In this document: positions 7,030 to 13,620 of the stretch, piece by piece | Numbering within the stretch: the stretch's first letter is position 1 | Layout: each line of letters opens with the position of its first letter | From: Thermoplasmatales archaeon | GTDB taxonomy: Archaea > Thermoplasmatota > E2 > UBA202 > DSCA01 | Length of the DNA stretch: 16,693 nt | Assembly: GCA_011049295.1 (NCBI GenBank) | Contig: DSCA01000203.1 | Span: 1-16,693 of the forward strand | Direction: 5' to 3' | Position numbers and translations under genes: made by a program | Notes under the pieces: model-generated | What the model was told of the DNA's origin: nothing | Seen by the model: the letters and a program-made list of their open reading frames with translations, nothing else | The model's database searches: none

Positions 7030-8208
7030 ATGATTCTCATCAGGGAGGCCAGCGAGGTTTTTCTGCCTGACGGCGTGGCCACCCATGCCTCGGTGCTGAT
7101 TGAGGATGGACGCATACGGGACATCGGACGGCAGGTGACGGCCCGGGGGGCGGAGGTCATCGACGCCCGGGGCAAGACCCTGCTGCCCGGCTGGGTGGAC
7201 AGCCACACCCACGTGGTGTTCGCCGGCTCCCGGGAATTCGAGCTGGACCTGAAGCTCCAGGGTGCCACCTACCGGGAGATTGCCGCCCGGGGGGGAGGCA
7301 TCGGCTACACGGTGCAGCAGACCCGCCGGGTGTCGGAGGAGAGGTTGCAGGCAGAGGCGGAGTTGCGCCTGGACGCCATGCTGGCCCACGGGACCACCAC
7401 CGCCGAGGTGAAAAGTGGCTACGGCCTGGACACCAAAAGTGAGGTCAAGATGCTGCGGACGGTCCGCCACCTGAACGAGCGGCATCCCGTGGACCTGGTT
7501 CCCACCTTCATGGGTGCCCACGCCATACCTCCGGGCGTGGACCGGGAGGATTACGTCAGACTGGTGAGGGAGGAGATGATTCCCCGGGTGGCGGAGGAGC
7601 AGCTGGCCGTGTTCTGCGACGTCTTCTGCGAGGAGGGATACTTCAGCGTGGAGGAGTCACGGGCCATCCTGCAGGCGGGGCGGGAGCACGGCCTGACCCC
7701 CCGGGTGCACGCCGACGAGCTCTCCGACTCCGGGGGGGCGGAGCTGGCGGCCGAGCTGAAGGCGGCCAGCGCCGACCACCTCCTCATGGCCTCCCCCCGG
7801 GGGCTGAAAAAAATGGCCCGGGCCGGGGTGCCCGCCGTGCTGCTCCCCGCGGTTCCCTTTTCCCTGATGCAAAAGAGGTACGCCCCCGCCCGGAAGATGC
7901 TGGAGCTGGGACTGGATGTGGCCCTGGCCACCGACCTCAATCCCAACTGCTGGACGGAAAACATGCAGTTCGTCATCCAGCTGGCCTGCTTTGCCATGGG
8001 CATGACCCCCCGGGAGGCCATCCACGGAGCCACCCTGGGGGGGGCCAGGGTGCTGGGTCTGGAACGGGAGGTGGGCAGCATCGAGGTGGGCAAAAAGGCC
8101 GACCTGCTGCTGGTCAATGCCCCCTCCCATCTGTTCGTCCCCTACCACTTCGGGGTGAACCTGGTGGAGACGGTCATCAAGGACGGCGTGGTGGTATGCG
8201 GGGGGTAG
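7030..8208 (+). CDS. hutI: Imidazolonepropionase (HutI, amidohydrolase superfamily), 392 aa
   Basis: Collinear with bacterial HutI: LLPGWVDSHTHVVFAGSREFELDLKLQGATY, GGGIGYTVQQTR, TTTAEVKSGYGL, PVDLVPTFMGAHAIPP, HADEL..GGAELAAELKAASADHL, ADLLLVNAPSHLFVPYHFGVN. Confidence 0.85.
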   Translation: MILIREASEVFLPDGVATHASVLIEDGRIRDIGRQVTARGAEVIDARGKTLLPGWVDSHTHVVFAGSREFELDLKLQGATYREIAARGGGIGYTVQQTRRVSEERLQAEAELRLDAMLAHGTTTAEVKSGYGLDTKSEVKMLRTVRHLNERHPVDLVPTFMGAHAIPPGVDREDYVRLVREEMIPRVAEEQLAVFCDVFCEEGYFSVEESRAILQAGREHGLTPRVHADELSDSGGAELAAELKAASADHLLMASPRGLKKMARAGVPAVLLPAVPFSLMQKRYAPARKMLELGLDVALATDLNPNCWTENMQFVIQLACFAMGMTPREAIHGATLGGARVLGLEREVGSIEVGKKADLLLVNAPSHLFVPYHFGVNLVETVIKDGVVVCGG

Positions 8209-8825
8209 CACTGGTCTCCGGAGGGATTGACTCCCCGGTGGCCCTGTACGTGATGGCCCGTCACATGGAATGCCTGGCCCTGCACATGGACACCCGCCCC
8301 TTCCTGCCCATGGACGAGAGGGGCAAGGTGGCATCCCTGGTGCGGCGGGTGGCGGAGGCGGCGGGGAGGCAGATACCGCTGTGGCACGTGCCCTTCGGCG
8401 AGGTGGTGCAGAGGGCCATCGCCGCCCACACCCGCCCCCACTACCACTGCCTGCTGTGCAAGCGCATGATGTACCGGGTGGCGGCGGCCCTGGCCGGGCA
8501 GCAGCGGGCATCCGTGGTGGTCACCGGAGAAAACCTGGGCCAGGTGGCCTCCCAGACTCTGCACAACCTGCGGGTGCTGGAGGAAAGCATCGACCTGCCC
8601 GTGGTGCGCCCCCTGATTGGGCTGGACAAGCAGGAAATCGTGGACCTGGCCCGGCACATCGGCACCTACCAGCTGTCCATCGAGGAGGCGCCCTCCTGCC
8701 TGCTGGTGCCGGACGCCCCGGCCACCGCCGCCGCCCTGGAGGCCGTGCACGCCGAGGAGGAAAATCTGGACGTGGCCGGGCTGACGGCCCGGGCATTAAA
8801 GGAAGCGCGCATGGAGAAACTTTAA
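8196..8825 (+). CDS. Stand-alone ThiI-type PP-loop ATPase domain protein (tRNA-sulfurtransferase catalytic domain; no THUMP or rhodanese domain), 209 aa
   Basis: PP-loop ALVSGGIDSPVA at the very N-terminus, plus ThiI hallmarks TGENLGQVASQTLHNLRVLE and RPLIGLDKQEIVDLARHIGTY. It has a CxxC (HCLLCKRMMY) like methanogen ThiI. It overlaps hutI by 13 nt. Confidence 0.8.
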   Translation: MRGVALVSGGIDSPVALYVMARHMECLALHMDTRPFLPMDERGKVASLVRRVAEAAGRQIPLWHVPFGEVVQRAIAAHTRPHYHCLLCKRMMYRVAAALAGQQRASVVVTGENLGQVASQTLHNLRVLEESIDLPVVRPLIGLDKQEIVDLARHIGTYQLSIEEAPSCLLVPDAPATAAALEAVHAEEENLDVAGLTARALKEARMEKL

Positions 8826-8833
8826 AAAATAAA
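8821..8833 (+). promoter_or_regulatory. TATA element (tttaaaaaataaa) about 24 nt upstream of the tRNA-Val 5' end
   Basis: It overlaps the stop codon of the ThiI-like gene. The spacing is right for the mature 5' end at 8851. Confidence 0.45.
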
Positions 8834-8850
8834 CGCCCATTATAGCAGAG

Positions 8851-8924
8851 GGGCTCTTGGTCTAGCTGGTTATGACGTCGCCTTGACATGGCGGAGGTCC
8901 TGGGTTCGAATCCCAGAGAGCCCA
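8851..8924 (+). tRNA. tRNA-Val (anticodon GAC), 74 nt, no encoded CCA
   Basis: Manual fold: acceptor GGGCTCT/AGAGCCC, D-loop with A14 and G18G19, anticodon stem TCGCC/GGCGG with loop TTGACAT (U33, GAC, A37), 5-nt variable loop, T-arm CTGGG-TTCGAAT-CCCAG, discriminator A. Confidence 0.9.
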
Positions 8925-8966
8925 CTGGTGGCACGAGGGGAGCCGGGGCGCCCGCCCATGAACAAG

Positions 8967-9004
8967 TTTTATATAGGCCAGAGTCAATAGTAAATGGGAG
9001 GTGA
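8967..9004 (+). promoter_or_regulatory. TATA box (ttttatatag, 8967-8976) plus a strong SD (GGGAGGTGA, 8996-9004) upstream of the ATG at 9008
   Basis: Unlike most genes in the window, this one has a canonical SD 3 nt before the ATG. Confidence 0.5.
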
Positions 9005-9007
9005 AAA

Positions 9008-9421
9008 ATGAGGAGAATAATGGCCACGGCTGCGGCGGTGCTGGTGGCGGCAGCAGCCCTGATGCCCGCCCTGGTGACAGAGGCAGAGGCTGGCACCCTG
9101 GACGGAGTGGACATCAGATGGGAGGGACGGCATCTGGTGGTCACCAACAACAACGACTATTCCATCTACAACCTGTGGGTGGGAAACCTGACCCTCACCG
9201 GCTTTATAGTGTTCGGACGGATGATTGGCTTCAACACCACCATATCTGAGGTCCTCCCCGGCGCCAGTTGCTCCCTTTCCCTGGGAACGGGCATGCTCTT
9301 CGGTTTCGGTCCCGCCAGGCTGACCGTCGTGGTTTCCTACCTCGACCAGGGGGAGCAGGTGAGCCAGGAGGCCACCACCAGCCTCTTCCTGCTGGGCCCC
9401 TTCACCCTGTTCCTGGGGTAA
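9008..9421 (+). CDS. Small secreted/exported protein of unknown function (signal peptide, hydrophobic C-terminus), 137 aa
   Basis: N-terminus MRRIMATAAAVLVAAAALMPALVTEAEA-GT looks like a cleavable signal peptide. A beta-rich middle follows. The C-terminus SLFLLGPFTLFLG is hydrophobic. Confidence 0.6.
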   Translation: MRRIMATAAAVLVAAAALMPALVTEAEAGTLDGVDIRWEGRHLVVTNNNDYSIYNLWVGNLTLTGFIVFGRMIGFNTTISEVLPGASCSLSLGTGMLFGFGPARLTVVVSYLDQGEQVSQEATTSLFLLGPFTLFLG

Positions 9422-9463
9422 AAAACTGACTGCCGTACGGGAATCGGACACCCTGCGCTATTC

Positions 9464-9473
9464 TTAAATATAT
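9464..9473 (+). promoter_or_regulatory. TATA box (ttaaatatat) about 24 nt upstream of the ATG at 9493; leaderless
   Basis: Near-consensus TATA. No SD. Confidence 0.5.
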
Positions 9474-9492
9474 CCGCCCGCATCCCACCCCC

Positions 9493-10119
9493 ATGACCCG
9501 CTACGAGCTGGTGGCCCTGGACATGGACGGCGTGCTGGTAGACATGCGCAGCTCCTGGCGCTACATCCACACCTGCTTCGCCACCGACAACAGAGACACC
9601 GTGCAGGCCTACCTGCGAGGCGACATCGGCAGCCGGGAGTTCATGGAGCGGGACATCGCCCTGTGGCGCCGAGCCAACCGGTGCCGGGCGGACCTGGAAA
9701 AGGCCTTTGACCGGGTGGCCATCATGCCGGGAGCCCGGGAGTGCATCCAGGCGCTGCACGAGCAGGGCGTGGCCACCGCCATCGTGTCCGGCGGACTGGA
9801 CATCCTGGCCCGGCGCATCGCCGCCCAGACCGGCATCCGTCACGTGCTGGCCAACGGCATCCACGGCGAGCTGGAGGGCAGCATAACGAGGGTGCCCATC
9901 GAGGACAAGGGCATGGCGGTGCGGGACCTGGCCACAGAGCTGGGGGTACCAAGAGAGCGGGTGGCGGCGGTGGGCAACTCCCGCTACGACATCTCCATGT
10001 TTGAGGCGAGCGGCCTAGGCATCGCCTTCAATCCCTGCGACCAGCAGGTGGTGGAGGCCGCGGACGTGGTTATCAAAGAAAAAGATTTAACCAGACTTCT
10101 TGATTACCTGCTGGCATGA
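9493..10119 (+). CDS. HAD-superfamily hydrolase, subfamily IB (phosphoserine-phosphatase-like), 208 aa
   Basis: Motif I LVALDMDGVLVD, motif II IVSGG, C-terminal VGNSRYDISMFEASGLGIAFNP (a GDGxND variant), as in SerB-like phosphatases. Confidence 0.8.
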   Translation: MTRYELVALDMDGVLVDMRSSWRYIHTCFATDNRDTVQAYLRGDIGSREFMERDIALWRRANRCRADLEKAFDRVAIMPGARECIQALHEQGVATAIVSGGLDILARRIAAQTGIRHVLANGIHGELEGSITRVPIEDKGMAVRDLATELGVPRERVAAVGNSRYDISMFEASGLGIAFNPCDQQVVEAADVVIKEKDLTRLLDYLLA

Positions 10120-10736
10120 TTTCCTTCAATCTGCTGGTGCTGTTCATCGCGGCCCTGGTCTTCTATCTCCTGTTCTCCCTGTTTTACGGGGCCTTCGTGG
10201 AGGTGGGGTTCTCCCGGCTGGAGGCCAGCCTGATCGTGTTTGGCTCCCTGCTGCTGGGCCTGGTGGACATCTATCTTTTCACCTATGGAAACTGGCGGAT
10301 TGCGGTGAACATAGGCGGGGCGGTGATTCCGGTGATGGTCAGCGTCTACCTGACGGCCAAGAGAAAATTCGTGGGCCGGGCCCTGCTGGGCATCGCTCTG
10401 GTGTCCCTGTTCACCTACCAGGTCACCGAGGTGACCACCCGGGGTATCTCCTCCCCCTTTCCCCTCTGGCTCCTGCCCCCGGCGGTGGCCAGCCTGTTCT
10501 CCCTGCTGGCCTGCTACCGGAAGCCCAGGCAGGCGGCGCCCCTGGCCTACGTGACCGGAACCCTGGGGGTGCTGGTGGGAGCGGACTTTTTCCACCTGCC
10601 GGAGCTGCTGCGCCTGCCCACCCCCCAGACGGTCACCGCCTCCATCGGGGGAGCGGCCATCTTCGACATGGTGTTTCTGGCGGGCATCATCGCCGTGCTC
10701 ATCGACTCCCTGTTCATGGCCCGCCGACAGGGATAA
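10116..10736 (+). CDS. Integral membrane protein of about 6 TM helices, unknown function (resembles the DUF1614-type archaeal/bacterial family), 206 aa
   Basis: ATGA overlap with the HAD gene. Highly hydrophobic, with NIGGAVIP and SIGGAAIFD repeats that suggest an internal duplication. The alternate-frame ORF 10100-10747 is Gly/Pro/Arg-rich and spurious. Confidence 0.7.
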   Translation: MISFNLLVLFIAALVFYLLFSLFYGAFVEVGFSRLEASLIVFGSLLLGLVDIYLFTYGNWRIAVNIGGAVIPVMVSVYLTAKRKFVGRALLGIALVSLFTYQVTEVTTRGISSPFPLWLLPPAVASLFSLLACYRKPRQAAPLAYVTGTLGVLVGADFFHLPELLRLPTPQTVTASIGGAAIFDMVFLAGIIAVLIDSLFMARRQG

Positions 10737-10738
10737 AC

Positions 10739-10746
10739 ATTTATTA
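10739..10746 (+). promoter_or_regulatory. TATA-like element (atttatta) about 25 nt upstream of the ATG at 10768; leaderless
   Basis: It starts 3 nt after the stop of the membrane-protein gene. Confidence 0.45.
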
Positions 10747-10767
10747 GGCAAGCCTATTTGTCCTTTC

Positions 10768-11070
10768 ATGATAATTGCGGAACTGGCCATCTTTCCCACC
10801 TCGGAGGGAACATCGGTGAGCCGCTACGTGAAGGCCGCCGTGGAGGCGCTGGAGGAGACGGGGCTGACCACCCACACCGGCCCCATGGCCACCTGCATCG
10901 AGGGTCCGGATCTGTCTGCCATTCTGCGGGCGGTGGAAAGGGCCCACCGGGCCATGGTGGACATGGGTGCCCGGCGCATCCATATCGACCTCCGCATTGA
11001 CCACCGCCTGGACAAGGAGGCCACCATGGCCGCCAAGCTGGCATCCATTGGAAAGGGTGACCATGCATAG
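10768..11070 (+). CDS. MTH1187/YkoF-family protein (UPF0045; thiamine/HMP-binding-like ferredoxin fold), 100 aa
   Basis: MIIAELAIFPTSEG...SVSRYVKAAVEALEETGL...TGPMATCIEGP is the characteristic N-terminal strand, G-rich loop and helix of the MTH1187/YkoF family. Size matches. Confidence 0.75.
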   Translation: MIIAELAIFPTSEGTSVSRYVKAAVEALEETGLTTHTGPMATCIEGPDLSAILRAVERAHRAMVDMGARRIHIDLRIDHRLDKEATMAAKLASIGKGDHA

Positions 11071-12019
11071 CCTGTGGGTGGAGAAGTACCGTCCGGAAAC
11101 ACTGGACCAGGTGGTGGGGCAGGTGGGGGTGGTGGACAGCCTGCGGGCCTACGCGGCGTCGGGCAGCATTCCCCACCTGCTGTTTGCGGGGCCGGCGGGA
11201 ACCGGCAAGACCACCTGTGCCATCGCCCTGGCCAAGCAGCTGTACGGCGAGACTTGGAGGGACAACTTCGAGGAGCTGAACGCCAGCGACGAGCGGGGCA
11301 TAGACGTGGTACGGGGAAAAATCAAGAACTTCGCCCGCACCGCCCCCCTAGGGGAGGCCTCCTTCAAGATTATTTTTCTGGACGAGGCGGATTCCCTGAC
11401 CCCGGACGCCCAGTCCGCCCTCCGCCGCACCATGGAGCGCTACGCCCGCATCTGCCGCTTCATCCTCTCCTGCAACTACTCCTCTAAAATCATTGACCCC
11501 ATCCAGTCCCGGTGTGCGGTGTTCCGCTTCTCCCCCATCGACCGGGAGGACATGCGATGCCATCTCTCCCGGGTGGCCCAGCGGGAGGGGCTGGAGATAA
11601 CCGGGGACGGCATGGAGGCCCTGCTGTACATAGCCCGGGGGGACCTGCGCAAGGCCCTCAACGCCCTGCAGACCTCGGCCACCCTCTCCCAGACCATAGA
11701 TGCCGACTCGGTGTACTGCACCACGGCCACGGCCCGGCCCGAGGAGGCCCAGCAGGTGATGGAGGTGGCCCTGCGGGGAAACTTTCTGGAGGCCCGGGCC
11801 CTCCTGGACAAGATGCTGATTGACTACGGGCTGAGCGGGGAAGACGTCATCAAGGGCATGCACAGCGCCCTGTTCGACCTGCCCATCCCGGAAAAGGCCA
11901 AGGCGGACATCGTGGAAAAGATGGGAGAGGCGGAGTTCCGCATGGTGGAGGGGAGCAACGAGCGCATTCAGATTGAGGCGCTACTGGCCCATCTGGCGAT
12001 GGCGGGGAGAGCGCGATGA
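11063..12019 (+). CDS. rfcS: Replication factor C small subunit (clamp-loader AAA+ ATPase), 318 aa
   Basis: MHSLWVEKYRPETLDQVVGQ (RFC box II), Walker A LLFAGPAGTGKTT, Walker B IIFLDEADSLT, SRC motif PIQSRCAVFRF. A GGGTGA SD lies 4 nt upstream. The true start is ATG 11063. The track's GTG 10967 start runs through the upstream gene in another frame. No intein. Confidence 0.9.
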   Translation: MHSLWVEKYRPETLDQVVGQVGVVDSLRAYAASGSIPHLLFAGPAGTGKTTCAIALAKQLYGETWRDNFEELNASDERGIDVVRGKIKNFARTAPLGEASFKIIFLDEADSLTPDAQSALRRTMERYARICRFILSCNYSSKIIDPIQSRCAVFRFSPIDREDMRCHLSRVAQREGLEITGDGMEALLYIARGDLRKALNALQTSATLSQTIDADSVYCTTATARPEEAQQVMEVALRGNFLEARALLDKMLIDYGLSGEDVIKGMHSALFDLPIPEKAKADIVEKMGEAEFRMVEGSNERIQIEALLAHLAMAGRAR

Positions 12020-13620
12020 AAAAGGCGGACCTGCCCCTCGTCCGGTGGGATCGGGTGCAGGAACGCTCCTATCAGATTAACGTTTTTGAGCAGGTGAAGG
12101 ACCGGAAATCCCTGGTGGTGCTGCCCACCGGGCTGGGGAAGACCATCATTGCCATCCTGGTGCTGGCCTACCGGGCGGAGCGGGGGCGCATCCTGTTTCT
12201 GGCGCCCACCAAGCCCCTGTGCGAACAGCATGCGGTCTCCATATCCCGGCTGACCTCCCTGGAGCCGGTGGTGGTCACCGGGGAGCTGTACGGCCCGGAC
12301 CAGAGGAAGGAGATATATCGCCGGGGAGAGGTGGTGGTGGCCACCCCGCAGACCGTGGAGAACGACCTGGACCGGGGCGTCAATCCGGGTGACTTCAGCC
12401 TGATTGTGTTTGACGAGGCCCATCGGGCGGTGGGCAGCTACGCCTACGTGGGAATCGCCCGGCGCTATCTGCGGCGGGGCAGCCAGATACTGGGCATGAC
12501 CGCCTCACCGGGGAGCGATTACAAAAAACTGAGGGAGGTGGCGGACCATCTGGGCATCGAGCACGTGGAGCTGCGCACCGAGCAGGACCCCGACGTGCAG
12601 CCCTACCTGGCCCAGCGAAGGATGCGCTGGGTGCTGGTGGACATGCCGGAGGAGGTGAAGCGCATTGTGCGCCGCCTGGACGTCATGCTCACCGATTTTT
12701 TGGCCGAGCTGGCCACCTACACCCGGCAGGCCCGTAACCTGTCGGCGGGCAAGCTGAGCAAAAAGGCGCTCATCGACATCCAGAGCCGGATGCGGAGTCA
12801 TCTGGGGAAGCGGGGGGGCTCCATGTACAAGGCCATCAGCGTGGTCTCCGCCGCCATCAAGCTGGCCCATCTCAAGGACATGCTGACCAGTCAGGGTGTG
12901 GAGGCCGCCCAGAGCTACCTGGCCAAGCTGGAGTTCGACCGGTCCAAGGCGGCGGCCAGCATCCGCAAGCACCGGCTGTATCCATCCATCCGGCGGGACA
13001 TCGTGACCCTGGAGGCGCAGCGGCCCAAGCTGGAGAAGACCCGGGACATTCTCCTTCAGCACCTGGAGCGCCACCCGGACGGACGGGTCATCCTGTTTGC
13101 CGAGTACCGGGACACCATCGATTTTTTGCTGAGGGCCATCCAGAGCCTTCCCGGGGTGAGGGCCCGCAGATTCATCGGCCAGGCCCGGGGCGCCAACGAC
13201 GGCATGAGCCAGGAGGAACAGAAGGAGACCCTGCAGGCCTTCCGGGAGGGGGAGTTCAACGTTCTGGTGTCCACCAGCATCGGCGAGGAGGGCATCGACG
13301 TGCCGGCCACCACCCTGGTGCTGTTCTACGAGCCCGTACCCTCGGCCATCCGGGCCATCCAGCGGCGGGGGCGGACCGCCCGGGACGGGGTGCCGGGCAT
13401 GGTGGTCATCCTGATTATGAAGGGCTCCCGGGACGAGGCCTACTACTGGAGCAGCAGGGGCAAGGAGAAGAAGATGTACCAGCAGATTGCCCGGCTGAAG
13501 CGGGAGCTGGAAACAGCGGAGACCCCGTCCGGGTGGCATCCCTCCCCGCCGAAAAAAAGGGAGAAGGTGCCCACCGACCAGCGGGGGCAGAGCCGGCTGG
13601 ACAGCTTTTATCCCGGGTAG
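12016..13620 (+). CDS. Hef/FANCM-family SF2 helicase (helicase module only; no XPF/ERCC4 nuclease or HhH2 domain), 534 aa
   Basis: Motif I VLPTGLGKT, II VFDEAHRAVG, III LGMTASPG, VI QRRGRTARDG, with a roughly 200-aa helical insertion between the RecA lobes as in Pyrococcus Hef. The protein ends about 10 aa after the helicase core. ATGA overlap with rfcS. Confidence 0.85.
   Translation: MKKADLPLVRWDRVQERSYQINVFEQVKDRKSLVVLPTGLGKTIIAILVLAYRAERGRILFLAPTKPLCEQHAVSISRLTSLEPVVVTGELYGPDQRKEIYRRGEVVVATPQTVENDLDRGVNPGDFSLIVFDEAHRAVGSYAYVGIARRYLRRGSQILGMTASPGSDYKKLREVADHLGIEHVELRTEQDPDVQPYLAQRRMRWVLVDMPEEVKRIVRRLDVMLTDFLAELATYTRQARNLSAGKLSKKALIDIQSRMRSHLGKRGGSMYKAISVVSAAIKLAHLKDMLTSQGVEAAQSYLAKLEFDRSKAAASIRKHRLYPSIRRDIVTLEAQRPKLEKTRDILLQHLERHPDGRVILFAEYRDTIDFLLRAIQSLPGVRARRFIGQARGANDGMSQEEQKETLQAFREGEFNVLVSTSIGEEGIDVPATTLVLFYEPVPSAIRAIQRRGRTARDGVPGMVVILIMKGSRDEAYYWSSRGKEKKMYQQIARLKRELETAETPSGWHPSPPKKREKVPTDQRGQSRLDSFYPG

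Noticed and set aside
7021-8750. Several minus-strand ORFs (7021-7521, 7551-8117, 7657-8511, 8142-8750) and + ORF 8270-8845
   Set aside because: Antisense or alternate frames of hutI and the ThiI-like gene. Compositionally biased, and none has a domain signature.
8925-9007. Region downstream of the tRNA, examined for an integrated element or att repeat
   Set aside because: No direct repeat of the tRNA 3' end and no integrase. The downstream genes are housekeeping (HAD, RFC). I found no evidence of an island.
8521-9451. Minus-strand ORFs 8521-9153 and 8984-9451
   Set aside because: The first runs straight through the tRNA-Val gene. The second is antisense to the signal-peptide protein. Both are Arg/Pro/Gly-rich.
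13608-13620. Palindromic CCCGGG at the convergent Hef/peptidase overlap, which gives both proteins a ...YPG C-terminus
   Set aside because: This follows from the palindrome read on both strands. It is a coincidence, not a structured element or a terminator.
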